Shown one piece after another: positions 13,586-23,065 of a DNA stretch of 64,000 bases (the stretch's first letter is position 1; each line of letters starts with the position of its first letter). The stretch is from Diadema antillarum (taxonomy: Eukaryota): positions 124,001 to 188,000 of the forward strand of contig NW_027271973.1 of the NCBI RefSeq assembly GCF_040938485.1, in the 5' to 3' direction. The position numbers and the translations under genes were made by a program. The notes below the pieces were generated by a model. That model was not told the DNA's origin. It ran no database searches and was given only the letters and a program-made list of their open reading frames with translations.

Positions 13586-14527
13586 GGCTTCACCGACTGT
13601 GTTATGCATGCACAGCAGTGCACCCCGGCCCTTCTGATTTGGCGATGCCGACGCACTGGAATACTGCCAATCGTGACAAAAACAGAAAATTACGACCGGT
13701 AGGGAAATAGTAACCCGGGTTACACGGCGCTAAATACGTCCCATCACATATAACTCGAGAGTTAGTTTCGAAGTTGACACTTTCAGATAGTCCATTAAAA
13801 AGAGGAATGTCTGTTCTTTCGTCGCCGGTCAGGTCATCTGTGATACTACATAGTAAGCACGTTGTTATGTTTATCTTCTGTGTGTGTATTGTACAAACGT
13901 ATTTCGGGCGGGGGCTCTGTTGGCTCGATTCCCCCGTTGTTGACACCACACCACCACACACCATAACAGTCGGAGCGGAGCTTCCGATCACGCCATCTCT
14001 CGAGTGGGGAGTCGCACTCAAACCACACACACACACACACACGCAGGGCTTCGTCCAGTGTTATGAATGAGGGTGCGGTCATGCATAACGCCCGCGCGAT
14101 TTTTCTCCGTATTCGCCTGGTCTGCTTTGAAGACCCAACCTTCCCAAGATTTTACTCTTTGCAGGATGAGTAATCAAGCCATTTGCATCGAACGACTGAA
14201 AAGGTCTAGTGACGTAGAATCGTCAAACCTCACGGATATTGTAAACAGATTTTCCGCTATGGTATGTTGAGGTCGACTTTCATGAATCAAACAGGAACAG
14301 GGAAAATATTCGTGAAAGTCACACCAGACATACTAAAGGGTGTGTACAGTTCTGGTCGAGGTGAAGATATAGCTTTTAACGTTTTGCGAGATATTCAGAA
14401 ACCACTCTAGGAGATGTCAAAGAGCATGCAGTTCTAAGGGGTATCAAAAGTTTATTTGATGAAAATCGGTTTTGAAATGGCTGAGATATCCAAAAACAAG
14501 GTGAAACAAAGAGATCCTAATAAAAGG

Positions 14528-15278
14528 TGTGGCAGCAGTCCCCAGGTTGCTGCCATGGCAACAGTTACTCTCCCTGGCGGTATTGTTAGATGCGCGTATT
14601 GCCCTAGAATACGCTAGGCGGTATGCTTTGATTATTGTATGCGCGCAGGCGCTTCCCTTTGATCTTGTAATGGTAACCAAATAGTAGAATGATTTTATAC
14701 GCTCAGATCAGTTTCACGTCTGTATAGCTACTACAAAAAAAACATCGAAGGTACATTCAGCAACGAAATCTTTAAAGGAAAAGGAATAAAAGTCAACGAA
14801 CCATAAACAAGCTGCTTATATTATGTGATATAATGTTCACCAAAGAGGTAAGCAATTTAAATATGATTGTATTAAGTCTTATAACACAATTTATATGTGA
14901 TTCTTATGATTATAGTATTTTATATGTTTGTACATAGAGGTTAAGATTTAACAATGAATATATTGTGAAGAGTGATCGAATTAGTATTGATGTTACTCTT
15001 TAGCAAATGTGAGATTGAAAGCACTGTGATCTATAGATGTATATAATTTTAGTGATTATTGTATAAATGCATAATTTTAGTGTGAAACATTCATTAGACA
15101 TATATGAATGACAAAGCAATTTTATTGTAATTTGTGAAACTGAATTAGATCTTATTGTATATTTTACTTATACAATTTTCTTTACAGTTTCACGGGTACG
15201 ACCGTTGAGAATAAATATCTGACCGATTCCAACTACGTCCCGTTTGTCAACTGGTAATTTATCGCATGGGCAGCTACA
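14528..15278 (+). repeat. 5' LTR of the BEL element
   Basis: TGTGGCAGC...GCAGCTACA. Contains an Inr-like TCAGTT (14708-14713), a GT-AG segment (14848-15187) and AATAAA (15210-15215). Confidence 0.95.
14549..14562. promoter_or_regulatory. RFX X-box-like palindrome in LTR U3 (also at 22336-22349)
   Basis: GCTGCCATGGCAAC, a 13/14 match to the X-box palindrome GTTGCCATGGCAAC. Confidence 0.4.
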
Positions 15279-15296
15279 GTGAAACTCTTTGAACAT
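15279..15296 (+). promoter_or_regulatory. Primer-binding-site position, non-canonical (GTGAAACTCTTTGAACAT)
   Basis: Directly follows the 5' LTR and does not begin with TGG (the complement of tRNA CCA). It is complementary to the LTR's own spliced junction (see findings). Confidence 0.7.
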
Positions 15297-16104
15297 CGTT
15301 CCTGTTCAACGACAAGTCGATGATCGTCATACCAATCTGATGAGCCATTCGATGTCAACCAGCGCATTCGTCCCATCGGCGTTCACCACATCGTAAAGTC
15401 GGGTGCAACGCAGGGAATTAGGCAACTGATTGACGGCTTGAATTCGTGGTAGAGGTCTTCGAACAAGTGTCATCGGAACTGAACTTGAACTTTGAACTTC
15501 GATACATGAATGCTGATACTTCCAGTGCTGATATAGACTATAAGACAGCTCAGCCCATCATCGATTCCTCATCCGTGACTTCTGTAACAGTCTCCTGGTT
15601 GTGGATACATCGTGATCGTGCGGTATTGATATTGTAATCTCGTACAAGCTGTATTAGATATTAAAGTACAGTTTATTTCGCTCTGTAGGAAGAGAACTAG
15701 AGCAAGAAAGGAGTGCGTGATATAAATCATATGTAACTAGACTATATAGCTTTGTAAGGACAGTGAATGTGATTGAGCTATATAATTTGAACTAGATATA
15801 GAGCTATATATATAGACTTACTCGAATTCAGAAGTGAATATCGCGTATTAACTATATCCTTAGTGTTATACACGTGATATACTATCTGGACAGAATGTGA
15901 TGTGTATTTACTCTTCGTAAAGAAAAATTGTATTCGCTATAGTACAATATTTCAAATCTGTGTTACGAAAGAAAACATTTTCTTTCTCTTTGCCTAGAAA
16001 TGAAGCGAAGTAAGTGAAAATTAGACACTGTTGACATGGTTGATGTATAATAACGATCTCATAGAACTGTTGACGTTAATGCAAAGAGTGTGTTATTTGT
16101 CAAT

Positions 16105-19100
16105 ATGGAAGAGTATCAAAGTAATACTACCGATGGTCTTGAAGATAACGTAAATACAAGCACTAAGAAAGAAACAATCGATAGCATGTCTGCCAAAAAT
16201 GTGCGGCGTTCTACCCGTACAAAGAAACTTACAGAAAAGGCTAGACAGAACAAAGTAGAAGAGTTAGAAGAACAATTCTATTCAGAACATTTTGACATTC
16301 TAACAGTCTTGAAGGACTCTGAGAAAATGCTGTCCTCAGTTTCCGTAAACTGCGATGACCTGTCAGAAAGAAAATCTGACATCTCTGCTAGATTCGGTTC
16401 ACTGCAACAAGTAGCAGATGAGCTAGAAGAAGTTCTAGGGGAAAGGGATGAAGAGATAGCTAAGAATTTAGACAAGCTCTCCCCAATTGTTGTTGATATG
16501 ATTTCGAAAATCGTAACCACTGTTTCTAAGAAGCAATTCGATACTAAGGAACCATCTATCACAAGGAAGTCGACTGGTTCCAAGATCTCGAAAGCATCTA
16601 CAATCTCGTCGAAGAGGTTGGTTGTTGCAGCTGAGACTGCAGCTCTGCAAGAGAAACTTGCTGCACAAAAGCGTCAGAACGAACGTCGGAAGGAGTTAGA
16701 GCGTCTTGAGTTGGAAGAAGATGCTCGTAGGAAGGAAGCTTCTTTTAAGATGGCGCAATTACGCAGAGAACTCGAGGAAGAACGTCTAGAAGGTCAACTG
16801 AAGGCACAAGAGGCAATGATGAGAGTGTATGAAGAGGACGATACTGCATCCTCCATCACAGTGAGATCATCTAAGCAGCTGGTTGGATCATCTCAGAAGG
16901 AAAAAAGTGCAACAATCGTGAAAGAAATGTCACGGGAGAAAAGCATTCCTAGAGCTGATGATCATCCACTCCCTTCAAACCAGAAGTCGTCGAAGACAGA
17001 GGCCCTAAATCCTGAGTCACCAGTCTTCTATCCAGCTTCCTATCGCTCAGATGCCAAGGAAAGTGATGCTCTTACCGAGGCGCTTGCTCGAGCAATGACG
17101 CTTACCAGACTGCCTATTCCTGAGCCTCCTGTATTCATGGGTGATCCTCTACAGTACCCTGACTGGCTGTCAGCCTTCACAACTTTAATCGAATGTCGAG
17201 GAATCCCAGCTGGTGAAAGAATTCACTACCTCAGAAGATACCTTGGAGGATCTGCTAGAGATGCTGTCAGTGGCTTCTTCTTGCTGAGGTCAGAGAATGC
17301 CTTCGATCAGGCCAAGGCGGTGCTTGAGAAACGCTTTGGTAACCCCTTCACGATTTCAGAAGCCTTTCGATCTAAACTTGATGCATGGCCAAGAATCGCC
17401 AATAAGGACCACAACGGTCTCCAAAATCTCTCAGACTTCCTGCGACAATGTCTGGTGGCCTCTTCAGAAATCAAAGACTTGCAGATCTTGAACGACATGC
17501 GAGAGATTGGCAAGATTTGCACGAAACTTCCTGACTACATCGTACACAGGTGGAATCGCACAGTAGCGACGCTCAAGAAGAGCAGTGGACGATATCCATC
17601 CTTTGAAGAATTTGTCTTGTTTCTGACAGAGGAAGCTGACATCGCAAACGATCCTTACGTGACGTATGAGACTGCAAAGACTGGAAAAGACCGAAACCAA
17701 CACGTCAGTCAGACACAGGAAGTAAACAAGAAGCCTGCAAATCGGCAGCAAAGGATGACTTATTCGACAGCTAGCAAGCCAAATGTGGCCAAGAAAAGCT
17801 GCATCTTCTGCGAAAGACAGAACCATGGCTTAGAAGAATGCCGGGAATTCAGTAGGAAACCAGTGGAGCAGAAAAGAGAGTTTGTGAAGAAGGAAGGACT
17901 GTGCTATGGGTGTCTTAGCAAAGGCCATATGTCGAAGCAATGTCCAAAGAGGAGTGAATGCAAAATATGCAGTAAGCGTCATCCAACCTGTATGCACGAC
18001 GACACATTCAAACAGTCAACTGCAGCAGGAAAACGAGAAAACAAGGAAGAACAAGAAACGCAGTCTACCAAGGCCAAGGAGACTCCCAAAGAAAAAGAAG
18101 CAAATTGCCACAAAGCCATATCAGGTACAGACGCTTCTCTCACATCAATGGTTCTGCCGGTATACCTGTCAAGTCTGGACAGTCCCGAGAAAGAGATACT
18201 GGTCTACGCTCTGTTAGACACAATGTCAGACACAACCTTCATTGCAGATGGTGTTGGAGAAGAACTGCAGGTACCATCACATGCTGCTACATTGAGGTTG
18301 ACAACTATGACAGACAACTGTACGAATATTCCATGTAGGAGATATGAGAACCTTGTAGTTCGTGGTTTCAAGTCGGCCGAAAAGATACCACTTCCTGCTG
18401 CATACTCCAGGAACTCAATTCCACTTGATGAAGCTCACATCCCTACACCAGAGACAGCACTCCAGTGGCCTCACCTAAACAGTCTCGCAGACCAACTCGC
18501 ACCAAAGCAAGACTGCCCTGTAGGTCTGCTCATTGGATACAATTGCGCTCGAGCTCTCGCCCCAAAGAACTGTATCTCTGGAAAGAATGATGAGCCCTTC
18601 GCAGTAGAAACAGAATTAGGATGGAGCATTGTTGGTGGCTCTCAGACGTACTCTACAGACAACTTTGATGCATTCGGGCAATCATATCGTACTGTCAGCA
18701 TGAAGGTAGAAGCTCCTATTTTGACTGACAGTCAATCAGACGTGAAGTATGTCTACAAGACACAGCTAAAAGATGTCACGACTGCAGACTTCCTTCAGAT
18801 GATGGAAAAGGACTTTCATGAAATCGAAGGAACAGATGTAATGTCTCAGGATGACAAGAAATTTCTGCAGATCGTCAGAGATGGAATCAACCAAAGGGAT
18901 GATGGATACTATGAAATGCCCCTCCCCTTCAAGAATGGTGAACCCACTCTACCAAACAATCGACAAGCTGCCATGAGTCGACTCAAGGGATTGAAGAGTC
19001 AGTTCCAGAAACGACCTCAGTACAAAGAACACTACATGACATTCATGAACGAAATTCTTCAGCGAGGTGATGCAGAAAAGGTTCCTGCGGAAGAATTGTC

Positions 19101-22100
19101 AGTTGAGAACAAGTGGTACATACCACATCATGGGGTATATCACCCAAAGAAGCCGAACAAAGTGAGAGTCGTTTTCGACTGCAGTGCTCGTTACCAAGGA
19201 ACCAGTCTAAACGATCATCTCCTACAGGGCCCCGACCTCATCAACCCTCTGATTGGAGTCCTGTGTAGATTTCGCCAAGGACCCATTGCTTTCACGTGCG
19301 ATGTGGAAAAGATGTACCATCAGTTCCGCGTCATGAGACAGCATCAGAACTACCTTCGTTTCTTGTGGTGGGAAGATGGAGATCTTTCCAAGACTCCAGT
19401 GGACTATCGAATGAAGGTCCATCTCTTCGGCGCCACTTCCTCCCCAGGATGTGCCAACTTTGGACTAAAGCAAATCGCGAAGGACCATAAGGAGCTCAGC
19501 ATGGAAGCTGCTGACTTTCTTACAAGAAACTTCTACGTCGATGACGGTCTAAAGTGTGAATCTTCTGAAGCAGAAGCCATTGACCTCATTCAGAAGACAG
19601 TGAGCATGTGTGCCAAAGGTAACTTGCGTTTGCACAAGTTTGTTAGCAACAGTCCAGAAGTCACAAGCAGTATCCCTGAGTCTGAACGTGCTGCTGTTGC
19701 CAAGACTAGTCTTGAACTCGGCCAGCAAGACGCTACGCCCATTGAACGAGCACTCGGCCTACACTGGTGCATCGACTCTGATGAGTTCTGTTTCAGACTT
19801 ACCCTCAAAGACCGTCCCTTGACAAGACGTGGGATTCTTGCAACAGTTGCCTCCGTCTACGATCCTCTCGGTTTGATTGCACCCTTGGTTCTAGTTGGGA
19901 GACAGATTCTCCAGGAGATGTGTAGAAGCAAGATGGACTGGGATCATCCTGTTCCTGACGAGCTCCGTCCACGATGGGAAAAGTGGAGACAGGAGATGTT
20001 GAAACTCGACAAAGTGAAAATCCCCCGTTGCTTCCAACCACAAGACTTTGGAACTCCCAAGGAAGTTCAGCTGCACCACTTCTCAGATGCATCATTGACA
20101 GGATATGGTCAGTGTTCCTACGTGCGTCTAAAGAATGAAAGCGGTCGCGTCCATTGCTCCTTGGTTATGGCAAAGGCACGAGTATGTCCTCTAAAGCCAA
20201 CAACGATCCCAAGACTAGAACTCCAAGCAGCTACTTGTTCAGTGAAAATTGCCAATATCCTGGACAATGAACTCGATTATAGTTCTGCCACACACCACTT
20301 CTGGACCGACTCACAAGTTGTTCTTGGCTACATACACAATGAGACAAAGCGCTTCCACATGTACGTTGCCAATCGCGTCGAACGCATCCGTCAGACCTCG
20401 CGTCCAGAACAATGGAACTATGTAGCCAGTGCAGAAAATCCTGCAGATCATGCATCTAGAGGATTGACGACAGAAGAAATGCTGGCATCAAACTGGCTCA
20501 CAGGACCCAAGTTTCTTTGGGAGAATGAGATTCCTCCTCAAGATGTTACTGCAGAAGTCTCTCCGGATGATGTTGAAGTGAAATCTGCCACTGTTCACGC
20601 AACACAAGCAAAGACTTTCACGTCCTTCGAAGAAAGGCTGACTCGGTTCTCCAGCCTTGAAAATGCACTGAAAGCAGTGGCAGTAATAGTAAAGTGCTCT
20701 TACAGGAAAAGGGGTCTGAGCATTGACGAAGTAGAAGCCAAACAAGTAGCAGAGAGGAATCTCATCTGCGCAATCCAGAAGGAAGCCTTTCGTGAAGAAA
20801 GAAAGCAACTCGACAAATCAGATTCCCTAGCCACTTCGAAGTCCAACTCACTGAGACAGCTTGACCCGTTCCTAGATGACCACGATCTGCTACGGGTGGG
20901 AGGTCGGTTGAAGAAGGCAGAAATGATGTATGGTGAAAAACATCCTGTCATCCTACCAAAGGATAGCCACCTCTCTAAACTTGTCGCCTTACACTACCAT
21001 CGAAGAACGGCACATCAAGGAAGGAATCTAACCATCAATGCTATTCGCTCTGGTGGTTATTGGATCACTGGTTGCAGACGCATTGTCTCTTCTCTTATCA
21101 GCAAGTGTGTTCACTGCATCAGATTCCGAGGCAAGCCAAGAGGACAGATGAAAGCCAATCTACCACAAGACAGAGTAGAACCTTCACCTCCTTTCACATA
21201 CTGTGGACTCGACTGTTTTGGTCCCTTCACCATCAAGGAAGGGAGAAAGGAGTTGAAGCGATATGGACTCATTCTTACCTGCATGTCAATGAGGGCTGTA
21301 CACATAGAAGTGCTAGATGACATGTCTACTGACGCATTCCTCAATAGTTTGAGATGTTTCATTGCAATCCGAGGAAACGTTCGCCTCATTCGTTGTGACC
21401 AAGGATCAAATTTCATGGGTGCAAAGCACGAACTAAAAAAGGGCCTTTCTGAACTGGATGAAAATCAAATAGCTACCCAGTTACTGAAGATCAACTGTGA
21501 GTTCAGGATGAACCCGCCGGCTTCGAGCCATATGGGAGGAGTCTGGGAGCGGCAAATCAGGAATGTCAGGAACGTCCTGAATGGTATACTTGATCCGTCG
21601 GGCACTCTACTCTCAACTTCTTCTCTGCGAACGTTCCTGTATGAAGCGATGGCAATCATCAACAGTAGACCTCTGACCGTCGAAGATCTGGAGTGTCCAG
21701 ACGGCCCACTCCCATTGACTCCCAATCATGTCCTGACAATGAAATCAGGTCTCGTATTACCCCCTCCAGGACAATTCGTGAAAGAAGATCTCTATCTCCG
21801 AAAGAGGTGGAGGCGTGTCCAACACTTAGTCAACCTCTTTTGGGCACGCTGGAAGAAAGAGTATCTTCACACCCTACAAGCAAGAAAGACTTCGTCACAG
21901 CCACAGCCAAACATTGAAGCAAACGACATTGTCATCTTGCAAAACGAGAGTCTCTGCAGAACGGACTGGAGAATTGCCAAGGTCATTGAGACCATCTCCA
22001 GTGATGATGGTTTGGTTCGAAGAGCGACTCTCCTCATGGCAACTCCAGATCTAGACGAGCAAGGCAAACCACTCCACAAAAGAAGTGTAATCGAACGACC

Positions 22101-22140
22101 TGTTCACAAACTGATCGTTCTCATCAAAAGCTCAGAATAG
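16105..22140 (+). CDS. BEL/Pao Gag-Pol polyprotein (2011 aa from the first ATG): Gag, three Zn knuckles, protease, RT, RNase H, integrase
   Basis: Zn knuckles CIFCERQNHGLEEC, CYGCLSKGHMSKQC and CKICSKRHPTCMH. Protease ALLDTMSDTTFI. RT WYIPHHGV..KVRVVFDC and FYVDDG. RNase H HFSDAS, PRLELQAA, WTDSQ and NPADHASRG. Integrase HQG..CVHC, GLDCFGP, RCDQGSNF and GGVWERQIR. C-terminal RWRRVQHLVNLFWARWKKEYL. The PR-RT-RH-IN order and these motifs are typical of BEL/Pao. Confidence 0.96.
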   Translation: MEEYQSNTTDGLEDNVNTSTKKETIDSMSAKNVRRSTRTKKLTEKARQNKVEELEEQFYSEHFDILTVLKDSEKMLSSVSVNCDDLSERKSDISARFGSLQQVADELEEVLGERDEEIAKNLDKLSPIVVDMISKIVTTVSKKQFDTKEPSITRKSTGSKISKASTISSKRLVVAAETAALQEKLAAQKRQNERRKELERLELEEDARRKEASFKMAQLRRELEEERLEGQLKAQEAMMRVYEEDDTASSITVRSSKQLVGSSQKEKSATIVKEMSREKSIPRADDHPLPSNQKSSKTEALNPESPVFYPASYRSDAKESDALTEALARAMTLTRLPIPEPPVFMGDPLQYPDWLSAFTTLIECRGIPAGERIHYLRRYLGGSARDAVSGFFLLRSENAFDQAKAVLEKRFGNPFTISEAFRSKLDAWPRIANKDHNGLQNLSDFLRQCLVASSEIKDLQILNDMREIGKICTKLPDYIVHRWNRTVATLKKSSGRYPSFEEFVLFLTEEADIANDPYVTYETAKTGKDRNQHVSQTQEVNKKPANRQQRMTYSTASKPNVAKKSCIFCERQNHGLEECREFSRKPVEQKREFVKKEGLCYGCLSKGHMSKQCPKRSECKICSKRHPTCMHDDTFKQSTAAGKRENKEEQETQSTKAKETPKEKEANCHKAISGTDASLTSMVLPVYLSSLDSPEKEILVYALLDTMSDTTFIADGVGEELQVPSHAATLRLTTMTDNCTNIPCRRYENLVVRGFKSAEKIPLPAAYSRNSIPLDEAHIPTPETALQWPHLNSLADQLAPKQDCPVGLLIGYNCARALAPKNCISGKNDEPFAVETELGWSIVGGSQTYSTDNFDAFGQSYRTVSMKVEAPILTDSQSDVKYVYKTQLKDVTTADFLQMMEKDFHEIEGTDVMSQDDKKFLQIVRDGINQRDDGYYEMPLPFKNGEPTLPNNRQAAMSRLKGLKSQFQKRPQYKEHYMTFMNEILQRGDAEKVPAEELSVENKWYIPHHGVYHPKKPNKVRVVFDCSARYQGTSLNDHLLQGPDLINPLIGVLCRFRQGPIAFTCDVEKMYHQFRVMRQHQNYLRFLWWEDGDLSKTPVDYRMKVHLFGATSSPGCANFGLKQIAKDHKELSMEAADFLTRNFYVDDGLKCESSEAEAIDLIQKTVSMCAKGNLRLHKFVSNSPEVTSSIPESERAAVAKTSLELGQQDATPIERALGLHWCIDSDEFCFRLTLKDRPLTRRGILATVASVYDPLGLIAPLVLVGRQILQEMCRSKMDWDHPVPDELRPRWEKWRQEMLKLDKVKIPRCFQPQDFGTPKEVQLHHFSDASLTGYGQCSYVRLKNESGRVHCSLVMAKARVCPLKPTTIPRLELQAATCSVKIANILDNELDYSSATHHFWTDSQVVLGYIHNETKRFHMYVANRVERIRQTSRPEQWNYVASAENPADHASRGLTTEEMLASNWLTGPKFLWENEIPPQDVTAEVSPDDVEVKSATVHATQAKTFTSFEERLTRFSSLENALKAVAVIVKCSYRKRGLSIDEVEAKQVAERNLICAIQKEAFREERKQLDKSDSLATSKSNSLRQLDPFLDDHDLLRVGGRLKKAEMMYGEKHPVILPKDSHLSKLVALHYHRRTAHQGRNLTINAIRSGGYWITGCRRIVSSLISKCVHCIRFRGKPRGQMKANLPQDRVEPSPPFTYCGLDCFGPFTIKEGRKELKRYGLILTCMSMRAVHIEVLDDMSTDAFLNSLRCFIAIRGNVRLIRCDQGSNFMGAKHELKKGLSELDENQIATQLLKINCEFRMNPPASSHMGGVWERQIRNVRNVLNGILDPSGTLLSTSSLRTFLYEAMAIINSRPLTVEDLECPDGPLPLTPNHVLTMKSGLVLPPPGQFVKEDLYLRKRWRRVQHLVNLFWARWKKEYLHTLQARKTSSQPQPNIEANDIVILQNESLCRTDWRIAKVIETISSDDGLVRRATLLMATPDLDEQGKPLHKRSVIERPVHKLIVLIKSSE

Positions 22141-22314
22141 TTACTGACTATGTTATATTTTTTGAAGGTTTTCACAGTACTTTGCTGTGGCATATTGATT
22201 ATTATTGTGATATACTTCGCTATTGGTTTGGTATCAAACCTTTGTTTACACAAAATTAAATGTATAATAAAGTGATTAATGTGAAATAAAATCATAGATG
22301 ATTTTGGGTGGGAG

Positions 22315-23065
22315 TGTGGCAGCAGTCCCCAGGTTGCTGCCATGGCAACAGTTACTCTCCCTGGCGGTATTGTTAGATGCGCGTATTGCCCTAGAATACG
22401 CTAGGCGGTATGCTTTGATTATTGTATGCGCGCAGGCGCTTCCCTTTGATCTTGTAATGGTAACCAAATAGTAGAATGATTTTATACGCTCAGATCAGTT
22501 TCACGTCTGTATAGCTACTACAAAAAAAACATCGAAGGTACATTCAGCAACGAAATCTTTAAAGGAAAAGGAATAAAAGTCAACGAACCATAAACAAGCT
22601 GCTTATATTATGTGATATAATGTTCACCAAAGAGGTAAGCAATTTAAATATGATTGTATTAAGTCTTATAACACAATTTATATGTGATTCTTATGATTAT
22701 AGTATTTTATATGTTTGTACATAGAGGTTAAGATTTAACAATGAATATATTGTGAAGAGTGATCGAATTAGTATTGATGTTACTCTTTAGCAAATGTGAG
22801 ATTGAAAGCACTGTGATCTATAGATGTATATAATTTTAGTGATTATTGTATAAATGCATAATTTTAGTGTGAAACATTCATTAGACATATATGAATGACA
22901 AAGCAATTTTATTGTAATTTGTGAAACTGAATTAGATCTTATTGTATATTTTACTTATACAATTTTCTTTACAGTTTCACGGGTACGACCGTTGAGAATA
23001 AATATCTGACCGATTCCAACTACGTCCCGTTTGTCAACTGGTAATTTATCGCATGGGCAGCTACA
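22315..23065 (+). repeat. 3' LTR of the BEL element
   Basis: Direct repeat of 14528-15278 at offset 7787, preceded by the polypurine tract. Confidence 0.95.

Larger units (their letters stand above)
14528..23065 (+). mobile_element. Full-length BEL/Pao LTR retrotransposon, apparently intact and very recent
   Basis: Two 751-bp TG...CA LTRs with no differences found by eye. 5-bp TSD AAAGG (14523-14527, 23066-23070). Purine-rich tract GGGTGGGAG (22306-22314). One uninterrupted gag-pol ORF. Confidence 0.96.

Noticed and set aside
15279-15375. Possible hammerhead ribozyme (GAAAC at the PBS, GTC, CTGATGAG at about 15358)
   Set aside because: Core words are present, but stems I, II and III do not pair as required.
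22141-22314. env-like or accessory ORF in the BEL element
   Set aside because: Only 174 nt separate the pol stop from the 3' LTR, and no sizeable ORF is present there or in the leader.
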